NCBI RefSeq assembly: GCF_000181795.1
Contig: NW_003526948.1
Span: 1,720,206-1,767,414 of the forward strand
Source of the DNA: Trichinella spiralis
Lineage: Eukaryota
Length of the DNA: 47,209 bases
Direction: 5' to 3'
Shown here: positions 20,121-34,449 of the stretch, piece by piece
How the letters are laid out: each line of letters starts with the position of its first letter
Position numbering within the stretch: position 1 is the stretch's first letter
The notes under the pieces: model-generated
What the model was told of the DNA's origin: nothing
Database searches by the model: none
Seen by the model: the letters and a program-made list of their open reading frames with translations, nothing else
Program-made: the position numbers and the translations under genes

Positions 20121-23100
20121 ATGTTTTATCTGCTGCTGCATTATTTCGCGTTTATTCACTTTGTTTTGCCATCATCAGATCATCTGATAAAAGTGGCGAA
20201 ATGTAGATCTGTTTGTTTGCATTATGTAAGTTATTATAAAGTTGATTTAATTTAGTTTTTTGCTAATATTGCAAAATTTCAGTTGAGCTTTCGAAGAGTA
20301 GTTGAACGGTATGATGGAAAAGCGGATATCAGCTACGTTTGTTCTGATTCCCTTTGCAAAAATGTTTGCATTGATTTTTGTTTTTCCATTTTTTCAGTGT
20401 TGTATTTTTTGTTTGTTTGTAAATTATGGAATTATTTAGTGTTGGGATAATTGCCATCAGAATTCTGAAAATCATCAGTTATGCTTCTCTGGCTGCAGAA
20501 CCCATTCCGTAAAGCCAAATCTTTCTCGAAGTCAATTGTTTGTTTACATTTTTGATACTGTAGAACTCTGCCTGGTGTGAAGAAAGTTGTGATGCATTTG
20601 ACTGGATTTTTTCAAACACAAGTCCATTTTTTGAACGTCAGTAATTGGAATAGTTTGTATGTTGTGACTTTTCAGACCAACAAATCCAGTTCCATCCGGG
20701 CAATGTGCATTTTATTTGTATGAATTTGGTGGGCAATATTGAATCCCCTTCCGCCATTGCATTGTATCGCATTAATGATGATCAATCAATTCTTCAAGGT
20801 CCAACTGTATATGTGGTGGAATCGAGACAAAAAGTTTGGAGTTCTACAGATAATTCATTTGAAACTTCCACATGGACTGTTGTTGGAATGGCAAGTTATT
20901 TTTGAATTATTATCTTCAGGTGGAATTTTTATGAATACATAAAATGATTATTTTTAGAGAGCTGATCAATTATTTAGTCTGCAGCCACTTTTACCGAATC
21001 AATTTTATCAAGTGCGTGTTACTGCTGTACAGCAAATTAATAATGTCGTTCTTGGTTTCGAAAGTGGCTGGCAGCAGATGCTAATAGGTGACAGTGATAG
21101 TATTGAAAATGAAATTTAATTAATTTTATTTTTTTTCGTTTATTAGGTGAAGCTGTTCTTGGCCCGGTTAGTTCACTAAAAATAAAAGAGCAAATTTTGC
21201 ATCCTCAGCACGGACTGACAGCTATCATATCGTGGAAACCGAATGAACATTGTACGTGGACTTGTTTTTATTATTATTATTATTATTATTATTTCAAAAG
21301 TTTTATTCCATCTACTTTAGATCCATCTTGTTTTTATCATTTGTTTTGGACAAATAATTTGACTTCCTCAACAAAAAGCTTACTTGTAGTAAGTTTGTCA
21401 TTTCAAATGCTTTCGTATATAAAGTCCGCTGCATTTTAGTGATTGTTTTCACTTTGTGAAGAATTATTTTGCATAAAATTAAATTGCTTGAACATAATGA
21501 ACAATAATTATTATTCTGTGTTTCATTAAAATTGTGATGTTTTGTAATGTAATGTAATGTAATGATGTAATTGTTTTTCTTTTTTGAATTTAGGAAGGCA
21601 AATTTGAATATGGGATTACGGGATTGGCTTACAATTCCAACTATACTGTCATGATTCGTTCTTTATCTAGCGCGAAAATTGTACGATTAGAATCATCATC
21701 GGTCAGTGTTCAATTCCATACCAACGACTGCCTGTCGATGCATCAGTTCAATTTCTCAGAATGCGGTTAGTGGTGATTTGGATTGATGTTTTGCTGAAAT
21801 TAATTGTTTACATTCTACTTGCACAATTGAATATTCAAATTTTCAGCTCCTGGTTCTGTTCGCAATGTCACACTTCAGTTTGACAATGGCAGTGCATTTG
21901 TGAGCTGGAAACCGCCAAAATATTACGATCAACCGATCAATGAAAACGTATTTTTGAATTATTTAGTAAAATGGAAATCTTTATTTTCACTTCATCATCA
22001 ATGTTTGGAACCCGTCGATCTTCAATATATAGTAGATACTGTAATGTCAGACTCATTGTTGATTTATTGTTTGTTTTCTAATGTTAAAATCACTTACAGA
22101 AAAATCTTACTGTCAAGTTAGAAAATGTTACAGTAGGCTGCCAGTACAGTGTTGAAATATTTGCCAATACCACTGCAGGTATTGGAAAAGGGCAGCGTAT
22201 TTATTTCAATTCAAGTAAAGCTGTAAGTTCTAGGAGTAGTTTATGCATAATTTTTTTCTTTTTCAATTTTATTAAAATACAATCTGATAAAATTATTTAT
22301 TATTTACCGGGTTTGATTTTGGTTTATGAAAGTTTCTTGTAATTCATTGTCGATCATTATCATGCATAATACTGTAAGAGTACACTTTTTTCATTTTATC
22401 CTTTTCTATCAATTAAATAATATGATTTTTAATTTTGAAATTGTTAATTACCAATTCTTTAAAAATAGCATAATGAACAGTAAGTGAAATGGATAATAGA
22501 ACATGTTTGCCAAGAAATTATCATTTTACTTTTGTCTGCCTTTGTGAAAATGAATAATTTTTCTTTAGATTGATCTACAGTCAACTGCTCGAACATCATT
22601 CAATTTAAAATACCTCATACTAATACCTACCGGATTTGCAGTTGTAATAGTCGTAATAGTTGTTGTGATGCAAAGACGCGGACGACCTGTAATTTGTCCC
22701 TTCTATTATAATAAAAAAACACGAACAATTTTTGCTGTACGTGAAGTTTTTGAATGGCAATTAAATTGTGCAGATTTTCAATTTTAATTTTCGCTTTCCA
22801 CTTTTGTTTAGTCTTTATTGCGGAAACCAAGCGTAGCTTATGAATTTGCCGGTTCTGAAGTTCCATTTTTTACTCATTCAGTTTCCACATCGGCTGCGTC
22901 ATTGCCGAATCGCCCAGAACGTATAAAAGATCTTTTGGATTATGTGCACTGCGACGTGATACTTGGTGAGGGGACGTTTGGTTGCGTTTACAGAGCTATT
23001 TGTCATGCACCCGGCTTGCCACAGATCGTTGCCGTTAAAACTCTTAAACGAGGTTGGTTTTGAAAAAGTAGAAGAAATTTCAATAGAAAAAATTGCTACT

Positions 23101-24352
23101 CAAAATTGTATTCTTCAAGAATTTGGAAATGAAAGTAAAGAAGCGGAAAAGCATTTGCTTAAAGAAATTGAATTGTTACGTCGGCTGCGGCCTCACCCGA
23201 ATGTAACAAAATACTTGGGTTATTGTTCTCGACCGGATGCGTTGATTTTGGTTTTAGAATATTGTCCACAAGGAAATTTGAAAAACTACCTCAAAAAACT
23301 TGTAAAAGTAAGTAATTTAAAATTTCAATTCACTTTACACTGGGATGATACTATTCAATATTCAGGGAAAGCACTCATCGTTGTCATGCACCATTCGAAA
23401 CCGTCTGAACCCATTAAGCACCGATGATATATCATTTTCGAGTAATAAAACTCCGTATCGCATATCTAATTGGAGACCTTTATTTTATGGTCATCAAATT
23501 GCTCTTGGAATGCAGCACTTGGCCGCTCAGGGTCTTGTGCATCGCGATCTTGCTGCCAGAAATATATTAGTTGCAGATGGTAAAGCGTTATTGCCTTTTT
23601 CATCCCTTTTTAATGCCACTGATTGCGGTGCAGAATTTTCGAACATTTTGACACAGAAGAATTGGATCACTTCAACCGCAATTTAATACAATAATTAATT
23701 TGAAAATGAGACGTCAAAATTTTATACAGTTAATTGAATGCATGCATTTTGAACAAAAATACTTAGCAGTCGATTGTACAGAATTAATTGACAGCCAATT
23801 GTGTTATAATTCTGATTTTATTTTATTCGAATTCGATATTTTACAGTTGTTGCAATCATGTTATATAATTTAGATGGAAGACAAGTGAAAGTATCCGATT
23901 TTGGATTAAGCCGAACGGGAGGCAATTACCAACAGCTATTTGGAGCTCGTCTGCCGGTAAAATGGATGGCACCAGAATCAATTTTCAATTACTTTTTTTC
24001 AACCAAAAGTGACGTATGGTCTTTCGGCGTTGTACTGTGGGAAATTGCTAAATTTGGTGATGATCCATATCCAGGCATAGAATTGCCTCAATTATTGGAC
24101 CTGTTGAAAAGTGGATATCACATGCCTCAACCGGATGGATGTGATACTGCTCTGTCTGTGATTTGAATGTTTGCAGTTGTTCTTTTATTTTTTTAATTAA
24201 TTTGTTCAATTAAATTCAGATACAAGCTGATGGTGAAATGTTGGAACAAAGATGCCGACTTGAGACCAACTTTTTCTGATATTCGTATTCAACTGGAATT
24301 GCAGCTTCATTTGAAAGCAGCTGGCTTTGGTTGTCCAATGGAACAACAGTAA
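20121..24352 (+). CDS. Receptor tyrosine kinase: signal peptide, Cys-rich box, FN3-like repeats, TM, tyrosine kinase domain (Torso/Ret/FGFR-type kinase)
   Basis: N-terminus MFYLLLHYFAFIHFVLPSSDHLIKVAKCRSVCLHY. FN3-like segments LLPNQFYQVRVTAV, AFVSWKPPK and YSVEIFANTTAGIG. TM LILIPTGFAVVIVVIVVVM followed by QRRGR. Kinase motifs LGEGTFGCV, VAVKTLK, HRDLAARNILV, DFGLSR, LPVKWMAPES, SDVWSFGVVLWEI and CW...RPTF. Stop TAA at 24350-24352. Confidence 0.93.
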
Positions 24353-25399
24353 GAAAGTAAGAAAGTTCTATTCACATTACTGATTATTATTATTATTATT
24401 ATTGTTGTTCTTGTTGTTGTTACGCTTCAACTTGAATTAATTCCATTTAAAAAATTACAAATATTTCTCCATTATTCTTCATATGACAATGCAAATTATA
24501 AAGGATGGTATTAAATTTAAAAATTGATGATAAACTGTCTTCAAGCATAATGGTTTAATATAAAGAATGTACAAAAAAATATCAGCAGAAATGTCACAAA
24601 AGAGACTAACTACTTGCGCAAAGTATGGCAGAGAAGAAAAATTGCTGTCAGTTGTGCACAAAACGAGCTCAAGATTCAACAACAGATAAGAGAACAATTT
24701 GTTGCAAGTTGGCGTAAACGACATATCAACAAGGAAAAGCTTAGGCCGTTCGTTCCACGCGTTGATTATTCGTAGACGAACAGCAGAGTGGTTCAGTTGA
24801 TACGATTTGATGAAATTTTATGCATTCGATTGCTGAAATTTGAAACATTATCATTGGGACTGATGAGCATGATACTTGAGAACTAGATTCAGACGGTGAA
24901 CTTCCATTTTAATGCAAAAGATTGCAATGACAGCTGAAATGCGCCGCTCACAAAAGAAATCAGATCAGCAGTTAATAAGAAATATTTATGAACATGTCAG
25001 ATTTGTTTGTCATTTCTGAACTACAGTTAACTTCCCCGCTGAAAAAGTGATTATAAAAGATTGCTCTTGATAATCTTTTTTGTAATACAGTATGTATTAC
25101 GTAAGCAAATTTTCATCTAATCTTTTTGAAAGTAAATGATTTCAAAATGGTTTACCCAAGAAGTAATTCCATTTCTTCTTATTTGCACACATTGTTCCCA
25201 TCACGTAATACATTTAGTTTGACGAGACATCCCCTCTAATTGATTTCTTTTCTTAATTTAGAAATTTCGGGTGGTCACTTGTATTTTGTTGCTGAAAAAC
25301 AACTTCATAAAAATAAGAAATATTTATGCACAATATTTTATTCACAGTGAAAATACAAAAATCAGAGATACAAGTATAATATTATAATTGAGCAATAAA

Positions 25400-27230
25400 C
25401 CAATATAGCACTTGATTGTTAACCGCAAGTGCCATTTGACAGGCTGAAGCTTCACTTAACACTTGCAGTAAACAAACCATCGTTCACCAGAGATGTGGGA
25501 CTTTAGATGTGGGACATGTGGGATGGAGACATTCTGTATTTGCTATTTCTCGGCATCATATCTTGTTTGCCACTGGTGTATACGTCTCCACGTTCCACGT
25601 AACGACCAAACGCTGCTTCAATGCAGAAAATCGATGATTTCGTTCTTTCAACATTCCTTCAGTGTGTGTTCATCTTGTTTGGCATACAATACACGCGGGC
25701 GGAATATTTATGCTTCTTTCCATTTCTGCACTTAACTTCAGCTTGGCATCTTGAAGCTGAGAAAGGGGTGCTGTATGTGCGATGCGCCACATCTTAAGGA
25801 CTTTTGATGTTCATTGGTTCCCAGCAACCATCTTCATCGGAAAATACCAAGCATTCACTCTCTCTCTCTCTCTTCGATATTTCATTGCATCACATCTTGG
25901 TATGCTGTTTTGTGAATTTTCTTTCCTCTTTACTGTCAGGTTCAGCCTTCAACTTTCGCTTCAGTTGAACTTGGGACTGATTTATTGTTATTCTTTGATA
26001 TGAACAACATCACATAACGCTTCGTCGATATGCCTCTTCCATGATAGGTCTGATGTCTGATGGAGAGAATTGCTTCAACAAAGCAACGAGTTCAGCCTTC
26101 GTCAGTGTGTTTACCACTGGCAGCGCATTCGAGCACACTGACAGCACACAATCGCTCCGCTGCTATTTATTGCCACAGTGCTCAGCTTTTATTCACAACT
26201 GGCCAATCATAGGTTTTGACAAATCAAATTCCGCTTTGACAAGCATTTCCTGGAATTGCCGTTGAAAACGATTGCATCATTTTATTGATTACCACCAGTT
26301 GTTCAGCTTGAAATGACCTTGGAAAAATTATTGATTTTCTTACAGCTACAACGCTGAAGAAGAAGCGATCCACAGGCCCGCTAGTTGAATCGCGTTCGAG
26401 CATTTCCATTTTGCTGTTATGTAGATAGATAGCAGCCTCGTCATCGACCAGTTTTAGTATTTTCCAGCCCTTGCTTATTATGTTGAAGCTCGAGCAGATA
26501 TTGATTTTCTTCGTTAGCTGACATTTCCGCTGTGACTGGAACGGCCGTAGCGACACTCGTAAAGCGTTAAGCGGCGCTTGCTGCACCCCATTTGTTTTCT
26601 AACATATTTTCGAAGCTTTCGGACCCAATGTCACAGGTCGGATAGTGTTCAAAAACAAGATTAGCAAGAACGTCGAATCCACACTGAAATCATGTGACAA
26701 TGATAAGCTTGTCGAAAGCAGTGTGTAGGTTGGCGTTTTATCCGCTGGTTGAATTGAGCATTGGAAACGATTCTGCTGGCTATGTATACCATTCGATTTC
26801 GACTTTCTTCCATTTTCCTGTTCTTTCTCATAACACACAATAATTCAGATAAGATTTATGTTCTGGTAGAAATTTTCACGCTGCAATCTGGTTGCTGCAT
26901 GTAGTTGGTAACAGCGATAACTTGAAGAAAAATTTGACGTAAAATTCAACTCTAGGACGCGAAGCCATATTAGTTGCTCTGGTAATCAAAACTGTTCATC
27001 GGTATACCACCATTCAGATTAGATCGAAAGGATGTCCTCCTTTCTGCCAAGCACTGATTCGTAATGGTTCGGCGGTATTCACATAGTCAAACGCATATTC
27101 TAGGACGAAAATTCTGCCTGATTTTCTGATTGAATGCCTGTCCTTTTTCCAGTATATTCATTTTAGTTTTCTGTCGTAGCATTTTCAAAACTCAGGCTGA
27201 GAATGAGATGATTTTTTCATGCTCACCATT
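25400..27230 (-). pseudogene. Degenerate intronless coding-like relic (processed pseudogene or decayed mobile element), family unrecognised
   Basis: GC is higher than in the flanks, protein-like stretches are broken by stops and frameshifts (e.g. NALPVVNTLTKAELVALLKQFSPSDIRPIMEEAYRRS), and 27074-27224 has an inverted homolog at 44385-44554. Confidence 0.4.
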
Positions 27231-28509
27231 TCTACTTACTGTACTTATGTGCTACCGTATTGTATTGTCAAGTTCAAATGTTTATTGTTGGTTTGCAGAT
27301 ACTGTTGTGATTGTTATTGTTTAAAACAGGAAAAGTGATGGTCGAAGTTGAATATGAAAAAAATAATGTAACTTGCAAAGCAACAATAAATGAATGAATG
27401 AATGGATGAATATTTACTTCTTTATTATGGAAAATGTGTGATACTCTCTCTGATTGTAGCGTTAAGTTTTCAATTTTACTGAAAAACATTCTGTGAATTT
27501 GTGAAAATTTTTGAATTTTACGTTATCAAATGAGTAGTGAGAAGTCGAGATAACTTTTTATTTCACTTTCACAAAAAGCATTTCGCTTCGAATGTCTATC
27601 TGTCAGTTTTTTGTTTTCGAAAAGCAGCCCCGCTGAAAGCTGCACTGAAGCTATTCATTTTTGATTGATGGTGGTTTCGAAAGAACGATGTCACTTAGAA
27701 AAAGCTTTTTAGAAATGACAGCAACTGGTTTGTTCCTTTCAGCAATAATAATATGCCTGATGCTTTTTTCTTGTTCGTCAGGTTGCATGGTTGTTTGTTG
27801 AAGTGAAAAAGAGGATATTTTAATAAATTAGTGAGTGCTTTTGATTGACAATTCATTCGTTCTGGTGGAGTTTCGAAGTACTTTGACATCGTGAAATGAA
27901 ATGTGAACATTGACGAATGAGAAAAAGTGAAATTTGAACGAAAAAGAGCCTCTGAAATTGAAATGTTCAAAATAAGCTGACAAAATGTGATTTTCTTTTT
28001 TTTCAGTTCAGCTTATTCTTAAATTTTAAACAGTTTAAAAAATTCACTGCTAAATGTGCTTGGTTTGGTGAAATGGTAGTAGAGAAATATTCGACTTTCT
28101 TCGCTGACGCTCTGGTGAAAAGATTTTTGTCAAGCAATTATGCTGCATGGTGTTTATTCAATAAAATTTACTTAAAATGAGGCGCACAAGAACGTCGTCG
28201 TAATTGTACAGATAGATGCACAAATACACAGATGATGCACACGTGTACGTGTACGTGTAAATATTGCTTGCTTTTTGGAGAAAAGCATTCGTCTAGGAAA
28301 TGTTTGAAAAAAAAGTAAAATATTTTTTTTCGATTATTTATGAATGTTGGTTGTCAGAGCAGGCAGAAGTTGAAGTATTTTTGTTTTTGACTAGCAGTAA
28401 AAATAGAAAGCAATAAGAAGAAGGCGAAGAAAATTGACTCAAAACGAATAACAAACATGGCAACTGAAGTTCAAGTGGAGGAGAAATGGAAAATAAATGA
28501 ATGAATTGC

Positions 28510-30970
28510 TTACAGATGGGTGCTTTCTTCGGAATTTTCTGAAGAAATGTCAACCGAAGCGTTGGAATAGTAAGAAGCACGTTCCGAGCTCCACTTCGGA
28601 TGAAAGTCCAAGCAGAGACTGGGCGACTGTTCCGTGTAAGAGGATCCAAAGTCGACAGTGCAGCATTGGCTTTCGGTGCTGCTCGGCTGACGGTCACTTC
28701 CACGTCTCACGAAGGAAGAAGAACCCTCGTCACTGGATGCTTCGGTAGAGAAGCCGCGCATCTGGGATGTAGAAAACGGCAACCGCTTGACCGAGTCGAA
28801 CGTTGGACAGCTGTCTTTGAAAAATTCCAAAATCTGATCGTCCGTCAACGGAGGCAGTTTTCTCAACAGGCGCATCTCTTGAGTTTCGAGTACTTTCAGT
28901 TCGAATTCTTTGTCTGCCAGCAGGTTCAACAATTTTATCGACCTGCTGCACAGGTCGATCTTGTGGACGTGGTTGCCGAAAAGCACCGCCATGCGAACCG
29001 ATTTGCTGTTGTTTATTTGAGCAACCAATTCGTGATGGGAGAAATTTCTCACATCGACCCCGTTCACAGCCAATATCACATCTCCTATAATGAAATATTT
29101 GAATAAGGAAAGCAAAATACAGAGAATTGGATCGACAATTTCAAAATCTTTCGCTTTGCACCTGATCGCAGACCCGCATCAAATGCCGGACTATCCAAAG
29201 CTACATGATCGACATAGGTTATACTTTCTACAGTATTGTACTTCAATCGTTCGAATACATAGGACTAAAAATTGTCACAACATTTCGACAAATCTTGTAC
29301 AATATATATATATATATATATATATTGTAATTTTTTACTTGCACCGTAAAGCCGAATTTGCCTTTACGTCGTTTCGGTATGACAACAGTGCGTCGAACTT
29401 TCGAAGCCAGTGAACCTGCTCTTATCTGACGTTCCTGTTCCAAAGCTCGCAGTACGTCCTACAACAGTGAATCACCTTTTTGTTTTTTGCTTTTCAATTT
29501 AACACGTCATCATGATAGCATTGTCAAAAGCTGGATGGAAATCAATTTCATTTTGCTGTTCAACAATTGAAATTACAATCTATAGAAAGCTGTAGAAAAT
29601 TGTCCCACTAGCAACTTTTCCCTGTTTATTCAGTTGAATGCATATCAGTGTAAAATAAATATAAAACAATTATAACAAAATAATGCTGAAATTAATTTCA
29701 ATCAAATTTAAAGAAAAATTATTATTACAATATACAGTATGTAAACAATCGATCGTGATCATCATCATTGTACATTGTTGTTCGATAACGATAAATGATA
29801 CTTTGGAAAATTGAAATAGAATACAACTTTGATAGAGAAGAAGAAAACAAATTTTTTTTTCTGACAACAAATCAAGCAAATGAAATTATTTTCAAATTAT
29901 GATCAATGAAAAATTGGAAAACAAATATGGAAATTCAACAATCAAATGTTGTTAAAGAACAAAATAGAACAAAACGGGCATATGCATATTTGATTTGATT
30001 TGATTTGATTGGTCGTATGAAATGAAAAATAAACAAACCTAAAGCGCCAAGCTAAAGAAGAACAATAGAAATAATAAGCAGAAAAACTTTATAAGGAAAA
30101 ATTTATCAGCACCACCACCACCATAGAACTCAAGTTCTCAAAAGGGATATATAATTGAATAGATTAAGAAAAAGAAGAATAAAATCATGAACACTGATGT
30201 TTACCAAATTTTGAAAATTAATTTTCAAATATTCTTCCGCCTGCCACTGGAATGTTACGTGTGTAATAGAGCAAAGCGTACAATGATGACATTAAATGTT
30301 GCATTTCAACAAATGAAATGAAAATCATTCTGTGATACAAACAATTACATGTACATGTATATATAGTGAGCGAATGGTGGAAAAAAAAATTAGTCATGAC
30401 CTTTCTTCAAATCAACACAACACGCCCGTTATAATGGTTTTGATTGATTGTATCCAATGATTCATTGGATTGCGAACAATCGACCGCTATTACAAAGTGA
30501 AATACTGCAAAACTAGCCACTGTTTAATAGTAATTGATAATTTTAAGTTGTACCAGTTTGTTGATAACAACAACAAGAATTGCTATTGTGATTATGATTA
30601 TGATTACAGGGAATAATAAATATTATAATTTGAAAAAAAGAAAATAAACAGCAGTTTCAAAAAACAAATTAATAATGTCAATTTAAACTTCAGTACAGAA
30701 CAAGCCGCTTACTTGAACATGCTCGTTGGTTTCAGGCAGACATCTGGAAAAGTCAGGCTTGGCATATCCGAGCAGAAAATTATCCGAACGACACATGGTG
30801 AACGTGAAGGGTCGTTGGACGACACGTTGGCGCCATTTACGAAAGGACGACGAATTGGAGGCAGCGCGGAGCAATTTCAACGGTCTGGGTAAAGAATTGG
30901 AACCCCACCTGGAATATCCCTTCCGGCAGTTGTCACCATTCCGCTCTTCTTCACCACTCGAATTCATCAT
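28510..30970 (-). CDS. GRASP: GRASP/tamalin/CYTIP-like PDZ and coiled-coil scaffold, 4 coding exons
   Basis: Spliced: RRTVVIPKRRKGKFGFTVQSY...ITYVDHVALDSPAFDAGLRSGDVILAVNGVDVRNFSHHELVAQI (PDZ), then LFGNHVHKIDLCSRSIKLLNLLADKEFELKVLETQEMRLL (cytohesin-binding coiled-coil-like), and a C-terminal class I PDZ ligand EESTHL*. Confidence 0.85.
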
Positions 30971-33900
30971 TCACTCGTCCATGCCTGCAAAACAACGTCA
31001 CCGAATCAGCGCAAACAAACAAACAAACAAACAAACAAAATTATTTATTTTTTCGTTGTTGCATTTTCATTTGCACAATTTTTACGTTGAAAAAATAAAT
31101 GAACGCATAGGCTTGTTGACGACGAGCAGTAGTTTTGCTTCGAGCTTTTCATATATACGACGCGAAATAAGCTCGTTCTGGCTGCTTGTTGTTGTTCGAA
31201 ATGTGCAAGATGAGGTGAAATGATGCGTTTGATTGGTGCGCATACTTGCAAAATAGAAACTGTCACTTTTGCATCTTCAATCATCATCATGATCGTTGAA
31301 GAAGAAAGATATGGAATTCAAAACAACCAAGCATACAAGTAGATGCTTTAGCATAATAATGCTGTAACGTTACACAATGGAAATGTTCGTGGTAGTGGAA
31401 AAATAACGAAAATATTATGCAAACAAACGCGTTGGAAAATTTCGATAATATTCCACAAGTCTGTGGCGCTTCAGCGATGCATTTCAAAGCGTGAAGTCAC
31501 ACAATTTCACCTCTGACGTCATGGAAGCAGACGAACGTTAGCAAACGAAAATGGGTTGCAATGAGCCAGTTTTTCGATGCAAAAATTATCCACACATCTT
31601 CTGGCTACTCAATGGGAAATTACTGTCCACAGCAGAAGCGCGAAGCATCAACCAAAAGCCCATAAATTACGACATAAATCAAAATAATCGACGCCGGTAG
31701 ATGCATGCTATTCAAAATCCAAATCGTCCTATTTCAACACTTTGGCTATACATTCTGGACAAGCAATTTATTATTATTTTTATTTTTCTATACGCTTCCA
31801 GTGGACGACAAACAACACAGTATTCCTGAAAAAATTTTACACAAATACCATCGACAATAAATCGACATGTCGTCATTAGACGAAAAATTCAATTACAAGC
31901 TTGCTTCAAACAACGCTTAAATCAACACCAATAGCCAACGAACAGACAACATGGAAAATGTTCATTTTGCAAATTGAAAAAACCTTCTTTGCCGTTCACT
32001 GAATTTTCCAATCCACCTCTACCTATCAATTGTACAGTGCAAAATCGAACTGCAACATCTGAAAACTTAATTCAATAATCCGGGAAACTTTTCACATTAC
32101 ACAATTATACTTTCAATGGGCAAATGGATTGCATAAAAAAATACGAAACTACAACACGCGATCAATGCTAACTGAATATAGAAAAATGTATATTCGAATT
32201 GAAATTTCAATAATTGAAAAAATTTCAACACCAATTCAATCGAACACCCGCAATAATAATCTATTTTGAAAATTTTTTTTTTAATTTTCCACCAATCATT
32301 TCAATCCCCGAATTATCATCGTCGCGCGCGATTTGCACATTCATACACGCATACAGATAATAAAGTTAATCACGTTTATTCAAATTTTTTTTTCAAAAAA
32401 ATATAATTTAATGTTAAATTTCTTTTATTTTTATTTTTTTCAATTATAATTGAAGAAAAATAAATTGAAACAAATGATTTTTTTTCTTTACAACCAAGCG
32501 GACACAATTTTACTTGACTGCTTTGATTTTTTTTAATTGTGTTGCTTTCACTTTAAGAAAACGCTGGTAAAAATTATAAAATTATTTTCTGTGGTAAAAT
32601 TCTTATTTAAATTCAATAAATTCATTGTGACGACGCATATGATATTACCTAATTGCACATTTTACTGTAATTACCGTCTGTAGATCATTTTTGGATAACT
32701 GATTTTGTTGAACTGTGCTGTCGTAGTGGTGTGCGCTTTGAAATTTCCGAGTCAAGTAGTGTTTCGTCTTCATTCTTTGCTAAGGAAAGTGCTTCTGCCT
32801 AGTTTCGTGTTATTGTTTTGTTTTCGTGATACTGAGTTGCATGTTCATTTAGAATTGCATTAAACTCATCTCTTCCATTGTCACTAGTACAGCTGAATAA
32901 TGTATTATATTTACTTTTATTTAAAATACGGTAATTACTGTTATGGAACTCTGCAAATGAACAATTCTTTCTGTTTTGTTGAAAGTACGAGCTCATTTAC
33001 TTTTATTTCTACTTCTGATTTCGCTCTTATAAATACAGACGTGTTTAAGCTTTGAAAAGATTTATTTTTAATTAGCATATGAAAAATTACATCTCATCAC
33101 CTTTATTGCAACTAATTTCTACTTACTATATTATTATCTCTGATGTAGTATTACAAGTTAGTACTTCTAATTATACTTGAACAGTTTTTCTTAAAAAATA
33201 TGTAGCTTTAAAAATAGATTGTATTTTTATTCAGTAGTAACATCAGGTTATGAGAATGTATATACATAGTATAATCTGCTGGTTCATTTCAATGCAGAAA
33301 TTATTGTTTTCCTTCTGTTATTTTGAAAGTTCAAAAATTAGCTAGATGGCTTAGAAAAAAATGTTCATCTTTTAAGAACAGATTTTACTAAGTAGTACAG
33401 TTTATTTTAATGCAGTATCGGGTAATTGATTTGTAACTTTTCGTAACCAAGATTGTTGATTTTTGTATTTCATTTAAACCTTACTGTATTTTATTTGTCG
33501 TGTTATTTTTTTTTCCGCTGACGTCTTTAATTTTTCTATTCTGCTGCATTATTTTTTGAAACTGTTTTGCATTTTAAATATAAAATTTTACGTATGATAA
33601 CAATACAGAAGTTTATAGACATGTATAAGAAACTTCCTTACGCTATTTGTTTATTTTTTAAATATTCGATTGAGTGAATTGAAATTTTCAATTCATCAAT
33701 TGAAATTCATGCTATGTTGCTACTGTATTTAATTATCACTAATGAAATATATTTAATGATAACTTTTATTATTTTAATCTTGTTCTGTTTATTTGATCTT
33801 CATGTATTAATTTGTTATCTTTCAAAGATGTCTTATAATTGAAATTTTTAAAGAGGTTCATTTATTATTTTTACCATGAAATGGTATTGTGTTTTTTCAA

Positions 33901-34449
33901 TTTATGTGTATATTTTGATATTTATGTTTTTTCTTAAATTTTATAGTAACACCTTTGGTGTAGTTATGTATATTACTTCTGATCTGGGGGCAGATAATAA
34001 TTTTTTCGAGCATGAAATATTCGTCTTTATTTAAAAAATCGTTAAAATAATTTTTTGTTTATTATCATTTCTAGAATTGAAAATTTTTTTGAAATTAACT
34101 AATAAAATGATTAAGTTCGGAACTTATTAACAAGAGTAAACAGAATTTAGTGCAGTTCAATTTTTTCTGTACAATCTCATATGGTAAATTAAAACAAATT
34201 TTGCATTTTATTTAACTGATAATTGAAATCCTTGACAGCGTTGAGTTTTTAGTTCTTACACTGATTTATTTCTTTTTATATTTTTCACTTGCTTTTGCTT
34301 TACATCTGCACATCTGCGTGTTATCATTGGTGAAATGTTATAAACTGATAGATGCATTTTTGACTAACATGAAACTTTTCACCGAAATAGGTCCTTTCTT
34401 TCAGCTTCAGTTTTCCTTTTATGGTGATTTTTGGTTTGCACTTTTAGCC

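Noticed and set aside
24551..24775. 75-codon open frame (...ETNYLRKVWQRRKIAV...RPFVPRVDYS*) after the RTK
   Set aside because: No ATG in frame, no clear acceptor and no recognisable motif, so it cannot be supported as an exon.
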